DNA of 63,990 nt, counting the filler, from Ferroacidibacillus organovorans (lineage in GTDB: Bacteria; Bacillota; Bacilli; Alicyclobacillales; SLC66), in NCBI RefSeq assembly GCF_001642725.1. It is 5 parts of 5 records of this genome, joined end to end, with 100 filler letters (N's around TTAATTAATTAA, not from the genome) between each part and the next. Parts side by side here need not be neighbours in the genome. Positions count along the whole stretch, not along the records: positions 15,467 to 29,539 come from NZ_LSUQ01000064.1; 4 more parts are not named here. One strand, given 5' to 3'. Every line of letters starts with the position of its first letter. Position 1 is the stretch's first letter. Position numbers and translations under genes: made by a program. Positions 18,171-27,567 of the stretch are shown one piece after another. Below the pieces are notes generated by a model that did no database searches, had not been told where the DNA came from, and saw nothing but the letters and a program-made list of their open reading frames with translations.

Positions 18171-20461
18171 AAACCCCTGACGGAGCGCGCGATGATGAGC
18201 TGAAATGCGCAGAAACGGGCGCGCTGAAACTGTTCATCGGTTCCGCGCCAGGTGTGGGCAAGACGTATACGATGTTGCGCGCGGCGAATGATCTGCGCGC
18301 CCGCGGGCTCGACGTGGTCATTGGACTGATGGACCATCACGGTCGTCCTGAAACGGAGATGCAGGTTGGTTCGCTTGAAATCATTGCCCCTCTAACGCTC
18401 CACGTCAAAGGGCGGACATTTGAAGAGGTGAATTTACAGGCGATTTGCGCGCGCAATCCAGACATTGTCGTGATTGATGAACTGGCGCACACAAACGCCC
18501 CTGGTTCCCAGTTTCCTAAACGCTACATGGATGTGGAGTATCTGCTCGATCACGGGATCTCCGTCCTGAGTGCGGTGAATGTGCAGCACATTGAAGGCAT
18601 CCACGAAGAGGCGGAAGTGGTGACAGGCATCTCTGTGAAGGAACTGATCCCGGCCGCCTTTTTGCGCAAGGCGCGCGAGGTTGAAGTGATCGACGTGACG
18701 CCAGAGACGCTGCGCCAGCGCCTGCTTGACGGGAGTATCTATCCGCGCGACAAAGTCAATCACGCGCTGCAAAACTTTTTTCAGAAGTCGAACCTGTCGG
18801 GTCTACGCGAACTCGCGCTCCGAGTAGTCGCAGAGGATGTGGAAGAGCGACTGCAAAACGCGTACGGACGCAATAAAATTCCTGGACCTGTCGGAGCGAA
18901 AGAGACGATCATGGTGTGCGTGAATTATCTCGTGCGCGCACAGCCGTTGATCTCGCGCGGTTATCGCATGGCAAAACGTCTGAAGGCGGACCTCTACGTT
19001 TTGTGCGTCAGCGATGTGGCGGAGGATCTGATCTCCGAGAAAGAGCGGGAGCGCATACGCCGCTTGAATCATCTGGCGATGGAGTATGACGCGGAGTGGA
19101 TTCTTGAGCCGCGCAATGATCGCAAAGTGGGCGAGGTGATCATGAGCGTTGCTGAGCGAATGAACGTGACGCAGATTGTCTTTGGCCAGACGTCCAAGAA
19201 TAGGCGATGGCGCTTGGGGGTCGACGCGAGCCCTGTGCGCCACCTGATGCGCTCGATGCGCTATGTCGATCTGCGGATCATGGGGTGGGACAGCGAGGTT
19301 TCGACACCTCACGATCACGCGCACGGAGATGAACCTGGCAGCGGCTCTCACCCGCTGCGTGACGCGTCGGCGTGGGCAAAGGATGGGCGTCGCGGCAAGC
19401 TCACGATCTACATCGGGGCGGCGCCGGGGGTCGGCAAGACGTACAAGATGCTGCAGGACGCGCGCGATTGGCGGAAAAAAGGCGTCGACGTCGTTGTTGG
19501 CTTGATCGAGACGCACGGACGCGAAGAGACGATCGCGCAGTTTACGGGCCTTGAAGTGCTGCCGAAAAGAGAAGTCGCCATCGGGATTCCGCTCTATGAC
19601 GAACTCGATGTCGAAGGGATCTTGCGCCGCAAGCCGCAGGTCGTTTTGATTGATGAATTGGCACACACAAACGCGCCGGGGAGCATGCACGAAAAGCGCT
19701 ATCAGGACATTCTCCTGCTCTTGGAGCGCGGAATCGACGTGGTGACGGCAGTCAACGTCCAGCATCTGGAGAGCCTACACGACAAGGTGGAGCACATCAC
19801 GGGTGTACGCGTGCGCGAGCGGGTTCCGGACTGGTTCATGAAGGTGGCGTCTGAGGTGAAGCTGATCGACGTGACACCGGAGACGCTCCAACAGCGCTTG
19901 CTCGACGGAAAGATCTACAGCCAGGACAAAATCGAGCGCGCCTTGAGCCACTTTTTTCAGATCGCCAATCTCTCGGCGCTGCGCGAAATCGCGTTGCTGG
20001 AAGTCGCAGACGACGTAGATCAGCGCATGGAAAAGGTGCGCGAAGACGAGGCACCAAAGCCGCGCGAGCGCATTCTTGTGTGTGTCAACCACCGTCCCCA
20101 CTCGGAAAAGCTGATTCGCCGCGGCTGGCGCATCGCCGATCGACTCAACGCAGAGCTTTGGGTGCTTGTCGTCATTGTCGATGAGAAGCTCTCCGAGCAG
20201 GAAGAGCACGACCTTTTGCGCATCCGCAAACTGAGTGAGCAGTTTGACGCCCAGTTTATCACGCGCCCTGTCGCGAACCACAGCGTCGGCTGTACGATTG
20301 TCGATGTCTCGAAGGAGCTCCAGGCCAAGCAGTTGGTGACGGGGCAACCGATCCTCGCGCGCGGACCGCTGCAGTTCTTGCGCAAGACGCCGATCGACTA
20401 TGTGCTTGAAAACGGGGACTTTGTCGATCTGCACATCGTCGGCATCGCGCGCGACTCTTAG
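18167..20461 (+). CDS. kdpD: Tandem (KdpD N-terminal + USP)x2 protein, no TM or His-kinase domain
   Basis: Two copies of GxAPGVGKTY, DELAHTN and VNVQH, each followed by a USP-like IxVCVN domain. Confidence 0.85.
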   Translation: MKTPDGARDDELKCAETGALKLFIGSAPGVGKTYTMLRAANDLRARGLDVVIGLMDHHGRPETEMQVGSLEIIAPLTLHVKGRTFEEVNLQAICARNPDIVVIDELAHTNAPGSQFPKRYMDVEYLLDHGISVLSAVNVQHIEGIHEEAEVVTGISVKELIPAAFLRKAREVEVIDVTPETLRQRLLDGSIYPRDKVNHALQNFFQKSNLSGLRELALRVVAEDVEERLQNAYGRNKIPGPVGAKETIMVCVNYLVRAQPLISRGYRMAKRLKADLYVLCVSDVAEDLISEKERERIRRLNHLAMEYDAEWILEPRNDRKVGEVIMSVAERMNVTQIVFGQTSKNRRWRLGVDASPVRHLMRSMRYVDLRIMGWDSEVSTPHDHAHGDEPGSGSHPLRDASAWAKDGRRGKLTIYIGAAPGVGKTYKMLQDARDWRKKGVDVVVGLIETHGREETIAQFTGLEVLPKREVAIGIPLYDELDVEGILRRKPQVVLIDELAHTNAPGSMHEKRYQDILLLLERGIDVVTAVNVQHLESLHDKVEHITGVRVRERVPDWFMKVASEVKLIDVTPETLQQRLLDGKIYSQDKIERALSHFFQIANLSALREIALLEVADDVDQRMEKVREDEAPKPRERILVCVNHRPHSEKLIRRGWRIADRLNAELWVLVVIVDEKLSEQEEHDLLRIRKLSEQFDAQFITRPVANHSVGCTIVDVSKELQAKQLVTGQPILARGPLQFLRKTPIDYVLENGDFVDLHIVGIARDS

Positions 20462-21282
20462 TCGTGAGCCGCGCGCTCCTCAATTTCGCAGCAGATGAGC
20501 CCAAAATAGGTGGGAGCCTCGTAGGAGAGGAACCGTACGCGCCGCACATCCCGCGGAATAGCGCCGGCGAGAATCAGGGATTGCCAGATGCCGTCAGGTT
20601 TGGCTTCCTCGATAAAGTCGGGGGAAAAGTCGCCGAGCGCCTCGATCTCCCCCGCTTTTAAAAGCTGTACAACGCGTTCGTCAAGCTTGGCGGCGGACGG
20701 ATGGTACCCGTAGGGGCCGTTCGCCTCGTGCGCGTGCGCCCAGTCACAACTCGCGATGAGGCCAACGCGCTTGCCGGACTTCGCGACGGCGCGCGCGAGG
20801 GACTCGCCAAAGCGCAGGTGGTCTGCCATGCTGACGAGCCGCGACGGCGTGATCACCACCACAGGCACATCCGGCATGAACGTGAGGGGAATCTGCGCGC
20901 CCCAATCGAGTGCAAGGCACGCGAGAGGGCCGTCGCTCGTGGCGTATTGCAGCGCGCCCACCGCGAGGTGATCGTCGGTCGCCGCTTTGACGATGGCGCG
21001 CGCGAGTTCGCGGTCGACGGTGCGCGATGTCGCTTGCTGTCGCCCCGCAAATTCGAGAATTCCGCTCATGCGCGCGCTGCAGGCGACGGCAAACTGCCCG
21101 TCGATGCGCGTGCCGTGCGGCGTGAGCACGATGATCGTGTCGGGCTTTGCGGCCGCCATACCTAAGCCTAGCGTCTGCATGCTTTGGCGCGTTTTTTCCA
21201 TCAGCGCCGGGTTGTCCGGGGACAGATCCTCCAGGATCTCGTAGCCGTGCGGCGTGATCGCAGAAAAGACGAAGGTTGGCAT
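20458..21282 (-). CDS. LigB/Memo-like extradiol dioxygenase family protein
   Basis: TPHG, PDTIIVLTPHG, LDWG, LIASCDWAHAH, SYEAPTYFG. Confidence 0.8.
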   Translation of the reverse strand: MPTFVFSAITPHGYEILEDLSPDNPALMEKTRQSMQTLGLGMAAAKPDTIIVLTPHGTRIDGQFAVACSARMSGILEFAGRQQATSRTVDRELARAIVKAATDDHLAVGALQYATSDGPLACLALDWGAQIPLTFMPDVPVVVITPSRLVSMADHLRFGESLARAVAKSGKRVGLIASCDWAHAHEANGPYGYHPSAAKLDERVVQLLKAGEIEALGDFSPDFIEEAKPDGIWQSLILAGAIPRDVRRVRFLSYEAPTYFGLICCEIEERAAHD

Positions 21283-21335
21283 TGTGCGCGTACCCCTTTC
21301 GAATTTGTGATTGTGTGCGGCTCGGACTGCATCTT

Positions 21336-22295
21336 CTAGGGCGCGGTGTGCGGCTCGACGGTCGTGAGCTTTTCGTAGAAATCGAGGTATTTATCCTTGT
21401 CGGCACTCGCCCGCAAGGCCATCGCAGTGCGCGGATGCTCGTCGAGCATGCCTGTGATCGCGTACGGGATGGTGTATCCCCATTCTACCTTTTCGCGCAT
21501 AGGAATGAACAGCTTTTCCAGTGGCTCAAGGAGCGGGCGCACATCATAGCGCGTGCCGTGAAGTTGGCTCACGAGGAGTTCAGTCGGGCAGTTTCCGGCG
21601 GCGCGCCCCATGCCAAAGACGGATGCATCGAGGAATGCCACACCCTGCTCGATCGCCGTCAGGGTATTAGCAAACGCCATCTGCATGTTGTTGTGCGTGT
21701 GAATGCCGAGCGCCTTTTTCGGTGCGAACTTCTGAAACTTTGCGACAAGGTACTCGATATCCCGTTGGAGGAGGCTGCCAAAGGAATCGACCACGTACAC
21801 CACGTCGACCGGGCTTTCGTTTAAAACTTCGAGCGCCTCGTTGAGGTCATTCTCTTTGGCGTGCGACACCGCCATGATGTTGAGCGTGGTCTCGTAGCCG
21901 AGGGCGTGAAACTTGCTCGCAAGGTCGATGCCCTTATCCACATCCTTCAGGTAGCATGCCACGCGGATCAAATCGAGATAGCTCTCGCTGCGGTGCACGA
22001 TGTCCCGCTCGTCCACGCGCCCGATGTCGACGAGGGCGGAGAGTTTGGTGTGCGTTTTCTCGCCGATCGTCTCGCGGATCAGATCCTCCGTCAGGTACGC
22101 CCACGGCCCGGCGTTTGGAAGATGGTGCAGTTTGGGTGAGTTTTTGTAGCCGAGTTCCATGTAATCGACGCCGGACAGGCTCAGCGCCTGATAAAGCGTG
22201 CGGACGAACGCCTGCGAAAAATCCCAATTGTTCACAAGCCCGCCGTCGCGGATGGTGCAATCGAGCACCTTTACATCTCGTTGTTTGATCGACAT
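21336..22295 (-). CDS. DRE-TIM (HMGL-like) aldolase catalytic-domain protein
   Basis: LDCTIRDGG, VDSFGS, HTHNN, GMGRAAGNCPTE. Confidence 0.9.
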   Translation of the reverse strand: MSIKQRDVKVLDCTIRDGGLVNNWDFSQAFVRTLYQALSLSGVDYMELGYKNSPKLHHLPNAGPWAYLTEDLIRETIGEKTHTKLSALVDIGRVDERDIVHRSESYLDLIRVACYLKDVDKGIDLASKFHALGYETTLNIMAVSHAKENDLNEALEVLNESPVDVVYVVDSFGSLLQRDIEYLVAKFQKFAPKKALGIHTHNNMQMAFANTLTAIEQGVAFLDASVFGMGRAAGNCPTELLVSQLHGTRYDVRPLLEPLEKLFIPMREKVEWGYTIPYAITGMLDEHPRTAMALRASADKDKYLDFYEKLTTVEPHTAP

Positions 22296-22419
22296 GATTA
22301 TTCCCCCTGTTTCGTTGCGTCGCGTTACGTGCATTTGCTCGCATGAGAGCTAGAGCGCGGATTCATCAGACTCGCGCGCGCCAGTTCTCGCATGCGCTGA
22401 TCGCCGCCTGCTGCCACAG

Positions 22420-22662
22420 AATGCAAAAAGGCCGCGTCTCCCCCAGGGACGAGACACAGCCTCGCGGTACCACCCTGGAAGAGGGCGCGACCCTCCACCT
22501 TCCTTGTCATAACGGCGGCGCGATTGCGCGACCGACCTGGACTACTTCACGTTTCGCCCAGATAGCTCCGAAGTGTACTTCACGCGCAGTCATCGACCGG
22601 TTCGCATCACCCACCGGTTTTCTGAGCGATCGCCTGCGGCTACTCTCTCCATCTTCGCTGTT
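22420..22662 (-). promoter_or_regulatory. T-box riboswitch, probable Tyr (UAC) specifier
   Basis: Stem I with K-turn, AGUA and AGA/GAUGCG loops; specifier loop GAA-G-UAC-A (22575-22577); T-box AGGGUGGUACCGCG (22463-22476); UCGUCCCU antiterminator and terminator with U tract. Confidence 0.92.
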
Positions 22663-22682
22663 CGTGGTGTAAAATTGGGAGC

Positions 22683-22712
22683 ATCGTAGCACATTCGATC
22701 TTGACCCGTCAA
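22683..22712 (-). promoter_or_regulatory. Putative SigA promoter of the T-box leader
   Basis: TTGACG-18-TACGAT with extended TG. Confidence 0.6.
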
Positions 22713-22970
22713 TGGTGGAGTGAGGGAGATTTTTACGTGAATTGGCACGGATAATATCCATGATTTATAGGATTGCGTTTTCATCATGATTTCAGAGAAA
22801 TCTGTCAAATATCGATTTGTAGCCACAAAAGGCGATTCGCAAGACCATTTTGTTAATGACTTAAGATCAAAGTTATTCCTAGCCTATGTACGCGGGTGCA
22901 AGGAACGGATGGAATTTTTGAAACTTCCGCGAATATGGGCATTCGCATCACATAAATCATCTTGAATGCA

Positions 22971-23387
22971 TTATCGTTTCAAATCCAATTGGATGGTTTC
23001 AGATTGTTGTTCCCATTTTACCTTAACTTTGACAGGCAGGTATTCCTTAAAACCTTCGAGCATCATATGGGTATAACCACCACTACCACTGATTGCATCA
23101 AGGCAGATGGGCACCCTTATCGATGTTTGATAGTTTTTACTCCATGAGAACCCTAATGAGTGATACTCATACTCTACAATCTTGATATGAGGAACTGTCA
23201 AACCGATGTAAACCAAATGCATCCATTGTTCAATTTCTATAAATGATTTGTTCTGCGATGATTTCCCTTTCAGCGTATATTCAACTTCCCAGTTGTGACT
23301 AGATCCACGATAGATAAGGCCGCGTTCCATTTTTTCGACGAGTTCGATAAGGTGAGGCGTTAGTTCATTATCGGACGACATATGCAT
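22971..23387 (-). CDS. Hypothetical protein in low-GC island
   Basis: 138-aa ORF with GGGAG RBS; no recognised motifs. Confidence 0.5.
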   Translation of the reverse strand: MHMSSDNELTPHLIELVEKMERGLIYRGSSHNWEVEYTLKGKSSQNKSFIEIEQWMHLVYIGLTVPHIKIVEYEYHSLGFSWSKNYQTSIRVPICLDAISGSGGYTHMMLEGFKEYLPVKVKVKWEQQSETIQLDLKR

Positions 23388-24169
23388 CTACTCCCTAATT
23401 TAGTATTTTATGGTGAATATCCACTCGACGCGATCAAAATGGAGTGGAATTTTTCTATTTGTTGTTGATACGAATGGTATTGGCCATTGTTCCATTAATG
23501 ACAAAAATGCAGTGTGTTTATTATCAGCGAGGAGTAGCTTGGGGATAAACGTGAATTCCGCATATCCGTGAGAATTCATTTCAATTTGGCATACTTTGCT
23601 TGGATTTCCCTGTGTTGTATTGCAATAATTTTGGGGTAAGTTAGGTTTAGGATATCCTAACTTAAATTTGCCCGCAGTTCACCCTACCAGTGATTGTCGA
23701 TTTTTGCGACGCAACAGAACGACACCTAGCCACTTGCCCATAGTAACGGAGCTAGACTCTCCGGCATCCATCGCACTTCTTCCTTCATTTCTTCCAATGG
23801 CGGCATCATGAAGACCTCATCTTGCGCTTGGGGTAGCCGAGACAAGGTGTAAAGCGCAGCGTCCCTTGCAGGATACGGTACACTTTTTACTCGTTCAAAT
23901 GCTCACAAAGTGGCTCAAAACGAATTTAGCAAATATAATACTGGTTGATCCAGACGGAGCCCTGTTGAACACGTTGCGCTTGGGTCCCGTCTGGTCGAAC
24001 AAACCAAACCGTATCCATGCAAAGGTGGGATTGAACAAATCGCGAGATGAACGGAAGCGATTCAAGTCGTCTTAAGGCGATGAAGGGCAAGACACCTCGT
24101 CGACATAGTGAAAACAAAATTATACAAAATTACGGACTTGACCGATAAGGAAGTAGGTTAGCAATACAT

Positions 24170-25378
24170 ATGCCCTTGATGCAGACGAATGAGAAACACC
24201 CTCCTTTGCGGCGCTTTATCATCATCCTTGTTTCAGGTGTTGGCGTTTCGAGCATCGGTGATTTCATGTATCTCGTCGCCATCAACATTTTGGTGATCGA
24301 CACCACCCACTCGGCGGCGGCGGTTGCCGGACTATGGGCAGTTTCACGGATCGCCGCACTGCTTGTGGGGCCGTGGGCCGGGAGTGTGACCGATCGACTC
24401 TCGAAGCGGCGACTCCTGATTCTGATCGAACTGATTCGCGCGGCGCTCATCGCGAGCCTGCCTTTTGCCTCCACCCTTGCGTGGATTTATGTGATCCTTT
24501 TTTGCCTCGGGATTTGCAGCACATTTTTCGGGAACGCCTTTCTCCCGTATCAAACAAGGCTCATTCCCGATGTGGCGCGAAAGCGCGTCAATGCGCTGAC
24601 AAGCACCCTGCGCTACAGCGCCTTTGTGACGGGACCCGCGCTGGCTGGCCTCCTGATGGTCCACGGGAATCCAGTCCTTCCCTTGGAGATTGACGCTGTG
24701 AGTTTTCTGCTGTCTGCGCTATCGTTTCTGGTGCTGCCGCGCGTGGAAGAGGGGAGTGGCGCGCCGAAGCGAAGCGGGGTTTGGCGTGTCGTAGTCGCGG
24801 ATTGGCGGGAGGCTTTTGCAATCCTGCGAGCCAATCGGCGGTTTTTCATCCTGTTTGCGCTGAACGCGGCCATCGGCGTCTTTGCGCTGACAGCCGATAC
24901 ACAAGAGGTCGTCTTTGCGCGACAAGCGCTTCATCTAGGACAACTCGGATACAGCATGCTAGTCGAGTTTGCGGGCGTCGGGTTTGTCGCGGGCTCGCTG
25001 ATTGTGATGATGCTCGCAAAACGCGCAAAGCTATCGTGGCTCATCGGCGGCGGTCGCCTGCTCAATGTCGCGGGATACCTGCTCTTCGCACTTGCGCACA
25101 GTTTCTGGCTGGCCGCATTCGGTTTGATTGTGCTCGGCATATTCGGTTCTGCCGCAAGCGTTGGCTTCACGACATACACGCAAACGATGATCCTGACTTC
25201 ACACATGGGCCGGGTCAACAGTGTGATGACGCCACCTCTTCAAGTCATGAATCTGCTCTTCATCCTGCTTGGAGGTGCGGCTGCCACGGCCTTTGGCGTG
25301 CGCAGCTTGATGGTTTGCATGGCACTCTTGATGGTGGCGGCGGCGAGCGTGATGGTGGGGGTTACGCGGGATGGATGA
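24170..25378 (+). CDS. MFS transporter (DHA3/MefA-like)
   Basis: 12 TM; GSVTDRLSKRRLL motif A; MGRVNS. Confidence 0.92.
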   Translation: MPLMQTNEKHPPLRRFIIILVSGVGVSSIGDFMYLVAINILVIDTTHSAAAVAGLWAVSRIAALLVGPWAGSVTDRLSKRRLLILIELIRAALIASLPFASTLAWIYVILFCLGICSTFFGNAFLPYQTRLIPDVARKRVNALTSTLRYSAFVTGPALAGLLMVHGNPVLPLEIDAVSFLLSALSFLVLPRVEEGSGAPKRSGVWRVVVADWREAFAILRANRRFFILFALNAAIGVFALTADTQEVVFARQALHLGQLGYSMLVEFAGVGFVAGSLIVMMLAKRAKLSWLIGGGRLLNVAGYLLFALAHSFWLAAFGLIVLGIFGSAASVGFTTYTQTMILTSHMGRVNSVMTPPLQVMNLLFILLGGAAATAFGVRSLMVCMALLMVAAASVMVGVTRDG

Positions 25379-26600
25379 ACGAGACGCACCAACATCGCTT
25401 TTTGCGAATCTGCGCTTCTTGGCGCTGTTGGGCGGACAAGGTGCCTCCTATGTCGGGGACGCGGTCGCATCTGTCGCATTACCGCTGCTCATCCTGGCAC
25501 TGACCGGGTCGGGGTTTCAAATGGGCCTCATCGGGGCGCTTGAATCCGCGCCTCTGCTGCTGATTGGGTTGCCCGCAGGGGTGTGGGTGGATCGCTTGAG
25601 CCGCAAGAAAACGATGCTCACCGCAGATTTGGGACGGGCGCTCCTCATGGGGGTGATCCCTGTTGCCGCGCTGCTGCACGTGGCGATGATGCCCGTTGTG
25701 ATGGTCGTCGCGATGGGCGTCGGCGTCTTGACGGTTTTCTTTGGCGCCGCCTACACCGGAGCGATGCCGAGTGTCGTGCCGGCAATCCATCTGGGGCGAG
25801 CGAACGCGTATTTTGAAGCGATCGAAAGCGTCGCCTATGTCATCGGGCCGCCTCTCGCCGGCGTGCTGACCCATGCGATCGGGCCAGCGGGAACGCTTGG
25901 CATCGACGCGTTAACCTTTTTAGCATCTGCACTCGCCATCAAACGTTTGCCAGACCGGCGCGAAGATGTGAAATCCCCCTCTGCACCGCGCCGTTTCATC
26001 GCAGAGCTTCGTGAAGGGATGCAGACAGTGTTCCGTGATCGCGCACTCACATTCGTCACGCTTCTGTGGGGGTTCAACCGATTTGCGTTTATGGCGCTGA
26101 TTCCCGCGCTCACGTTCTTTGTCATCCGGACGCTCGGCGATCACGCCATGCAAGTCGGGTGGGCGGTTAGCGTCTACGCGATCGGTTCTTTTATCGGTAC
26201 GCTGCTCTCCTCGCGCATCCCGGCCCACCGCATCGCGATCGCGGCAGTGGGCGGTCAACTTGTCATGGGTATCGCCGCGCTGTTTGTGGCGATGAGCAAA
26301 ACGGTAGTGCCGCTTGATGCAGCATCTGCACTGCTCGGGGTGGGGGAGGGCGTGACACTCATCGGCTACCTGACCTTGCGCGTAAGCCGTGTGCCAGAAG
26401 AAAGGCTTGGTCGCGTGTACGCGGTGACATCAACGCTGACGCAGGGGATGGGGGCGATCGGTTTTCTCCTGATCGGTGGAACGTTAAGTCTGTGGGGAGG
26501 CAGGGCAACCTGGTTGGCGATGGCTGCCGCGACGCTTGTGAGCGTGCCTGCTCTATACGCAGTGTACGGCGGGGGTGATTCCCGTGCGAAACAGCTTTAA
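25371..26600 (+). CDS. MFS transporter (DHA3-like)
   Basis: GVWVDRLSRKKTM motif A; VPEERLGRV. Confidence 0.92.
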   Translation: MDERDAPTSLFANLRFLALLGGQGASYVGDAVASVALPLLILALTGSGFQMGLIGALESAPLLLIGLPAGVWVDRLSRKKTMLTADLGRALLMGVIPVAALLHVAMMPVVMVVAMGVGVLTVFFGAAYTGAMPSVVPAIHLGRANAYFEAIESVAYVIGPPLAGVLTHAIGPAGTLGIDALTFLASALAIKRLPDRREDVKSPSAPRRFIAELREGMQTVFRDRALTFVTLLWGFNRFAFMALIPALTFFVIRTLGDHAMQVGWAVSVYAIGSFIGTLLSSRIPAHRIAIAAVGGQLVMGIAALFVAMSKTVVPLDAASALLGVGEGVTLIGYLTLRVSRVPEERLGRVYAVTSTLTQGMGAIGFLLIGGTLSLWGGRATWLAMAAATLVSVPALYAVYGGGDSRAKQL

Positions 26601-26861
26601 CAAATCCTCAAATCCAGGAGATCATTCTTCCATACGGGATTTTTGTTAAAACCACAGCCGCTGCGGAAAAAGCGCAACAACTTGCTGATCCCCATTGGGT
26701 CAATGATCATCATTACCAGCCGGGTGACGCAGCTCTGATCCAACAAGCCTTATCTCAACAAGGAACGTCTGGCAAGTAGACTGCGCCAACGACGAGTAAA
26801 GCGCCCCCTTCCTCTTTTGTCAAAACGCATTTTTTAAACTCATCGATAACCAAAGTGGCTG

Positions 26862-27509
26862 CTAACCGTTGCCGTCTACGCCGCCGATCTGTGCGAAGTA
26901 TTGCGCGGCGCGCCGCGGATCGGGCGCGTGCATGATCGCGGATACGACGGCGACTCCAGACGCTCCAGAGGCAAAGACGGCCGCCGCGTTCGCAGGCGTG
27001 ATGCCCCCGATCCCGACGATGGGAATCGACACAGCGCGCGCGATCGTTTCGAGTCCAGCGAGCCCGGTGCTTCGCGCGTCCGATTTCGTGGAAGTCGGAT
27101 ACACCGCGCCGACGCCGAGGTAGTTCGCGCCCTGCGCCTCAGCGCGCAGCGCCTCGTCGAGCGTTGCGGCAGACACGCCGATGAGCATGTTTGGCAGCAG
27201 TCGCCGCACGGCGTCGCAGGGAAGATCCTCCTGACCGATGTGTACGCCGTCCGCCTCGACGAGTTGCGCGATGTCAACGCGGTCGTTGACGATAAACCGC
27301 ACCCCCGCCTCGCGCGTGAGCGCCCGCACGGCGTGCCCGAGCGCGACAAAATCCCGGCCGCGCGCGTTTTTGCGCCGGAGCTGGATCGTGTCCGCCCCGC
27401 CCCTTATCGCTTCGCGCAGGGTGTGGAGCAGCACCTTCTCTTCGCTTGTCTCATCCGTCACAAGATAGAGTCGCAGCGCCTCACGCAGCGCGCCGTCCGA
27501 ACGGTTCAT
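26862..27509 (-). CDS. thiE: Thiamine-phosphate synthase
   Basis: LYLVTD, QLRRK, IVNDRVDIA, GVHIGQED, PTSTK, GIGGI. Confidence 0.95.
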   Translation of the reverse strand: MNRSDGALREALRLYLVTDETSEEKVLLHTLREAIRGGADTIQLRRKNARGRDFVALGHAVRALTREAGVRFIVNDRVDIAQLVEADGVHIGQEDLPCDAVRRLLPNMLIGVSAATLDEALRAEAQGANYLGVGAVYPTSTKSDARSTGLAGLETIARAVSIPIVGIGGITPANAAAVFASGASGVAVVSAIMHAPDPRRAAQYFAQIGGVDGNG

Positions 27510-27567
27510 GCGGGTTCATCCTCCTTCATCGTGAGCACTCGGCTCATCGTTTCCTGTGCGGTCGCTG

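Noticed and set aside
18803..20434. Long antisense ORFs opposite kdpD (and similar ones opposite coxA, mbl, thiE, GT4)
   Set aside because: Shadow frames expected from GC-rich codon bias; no RBS or family motifs.
26601..26861. Spacer between the MFS pair and thiE with coding-like fragments
   Set aside because: Too short and without recognisable motifs to call a pseudogene or RNA.
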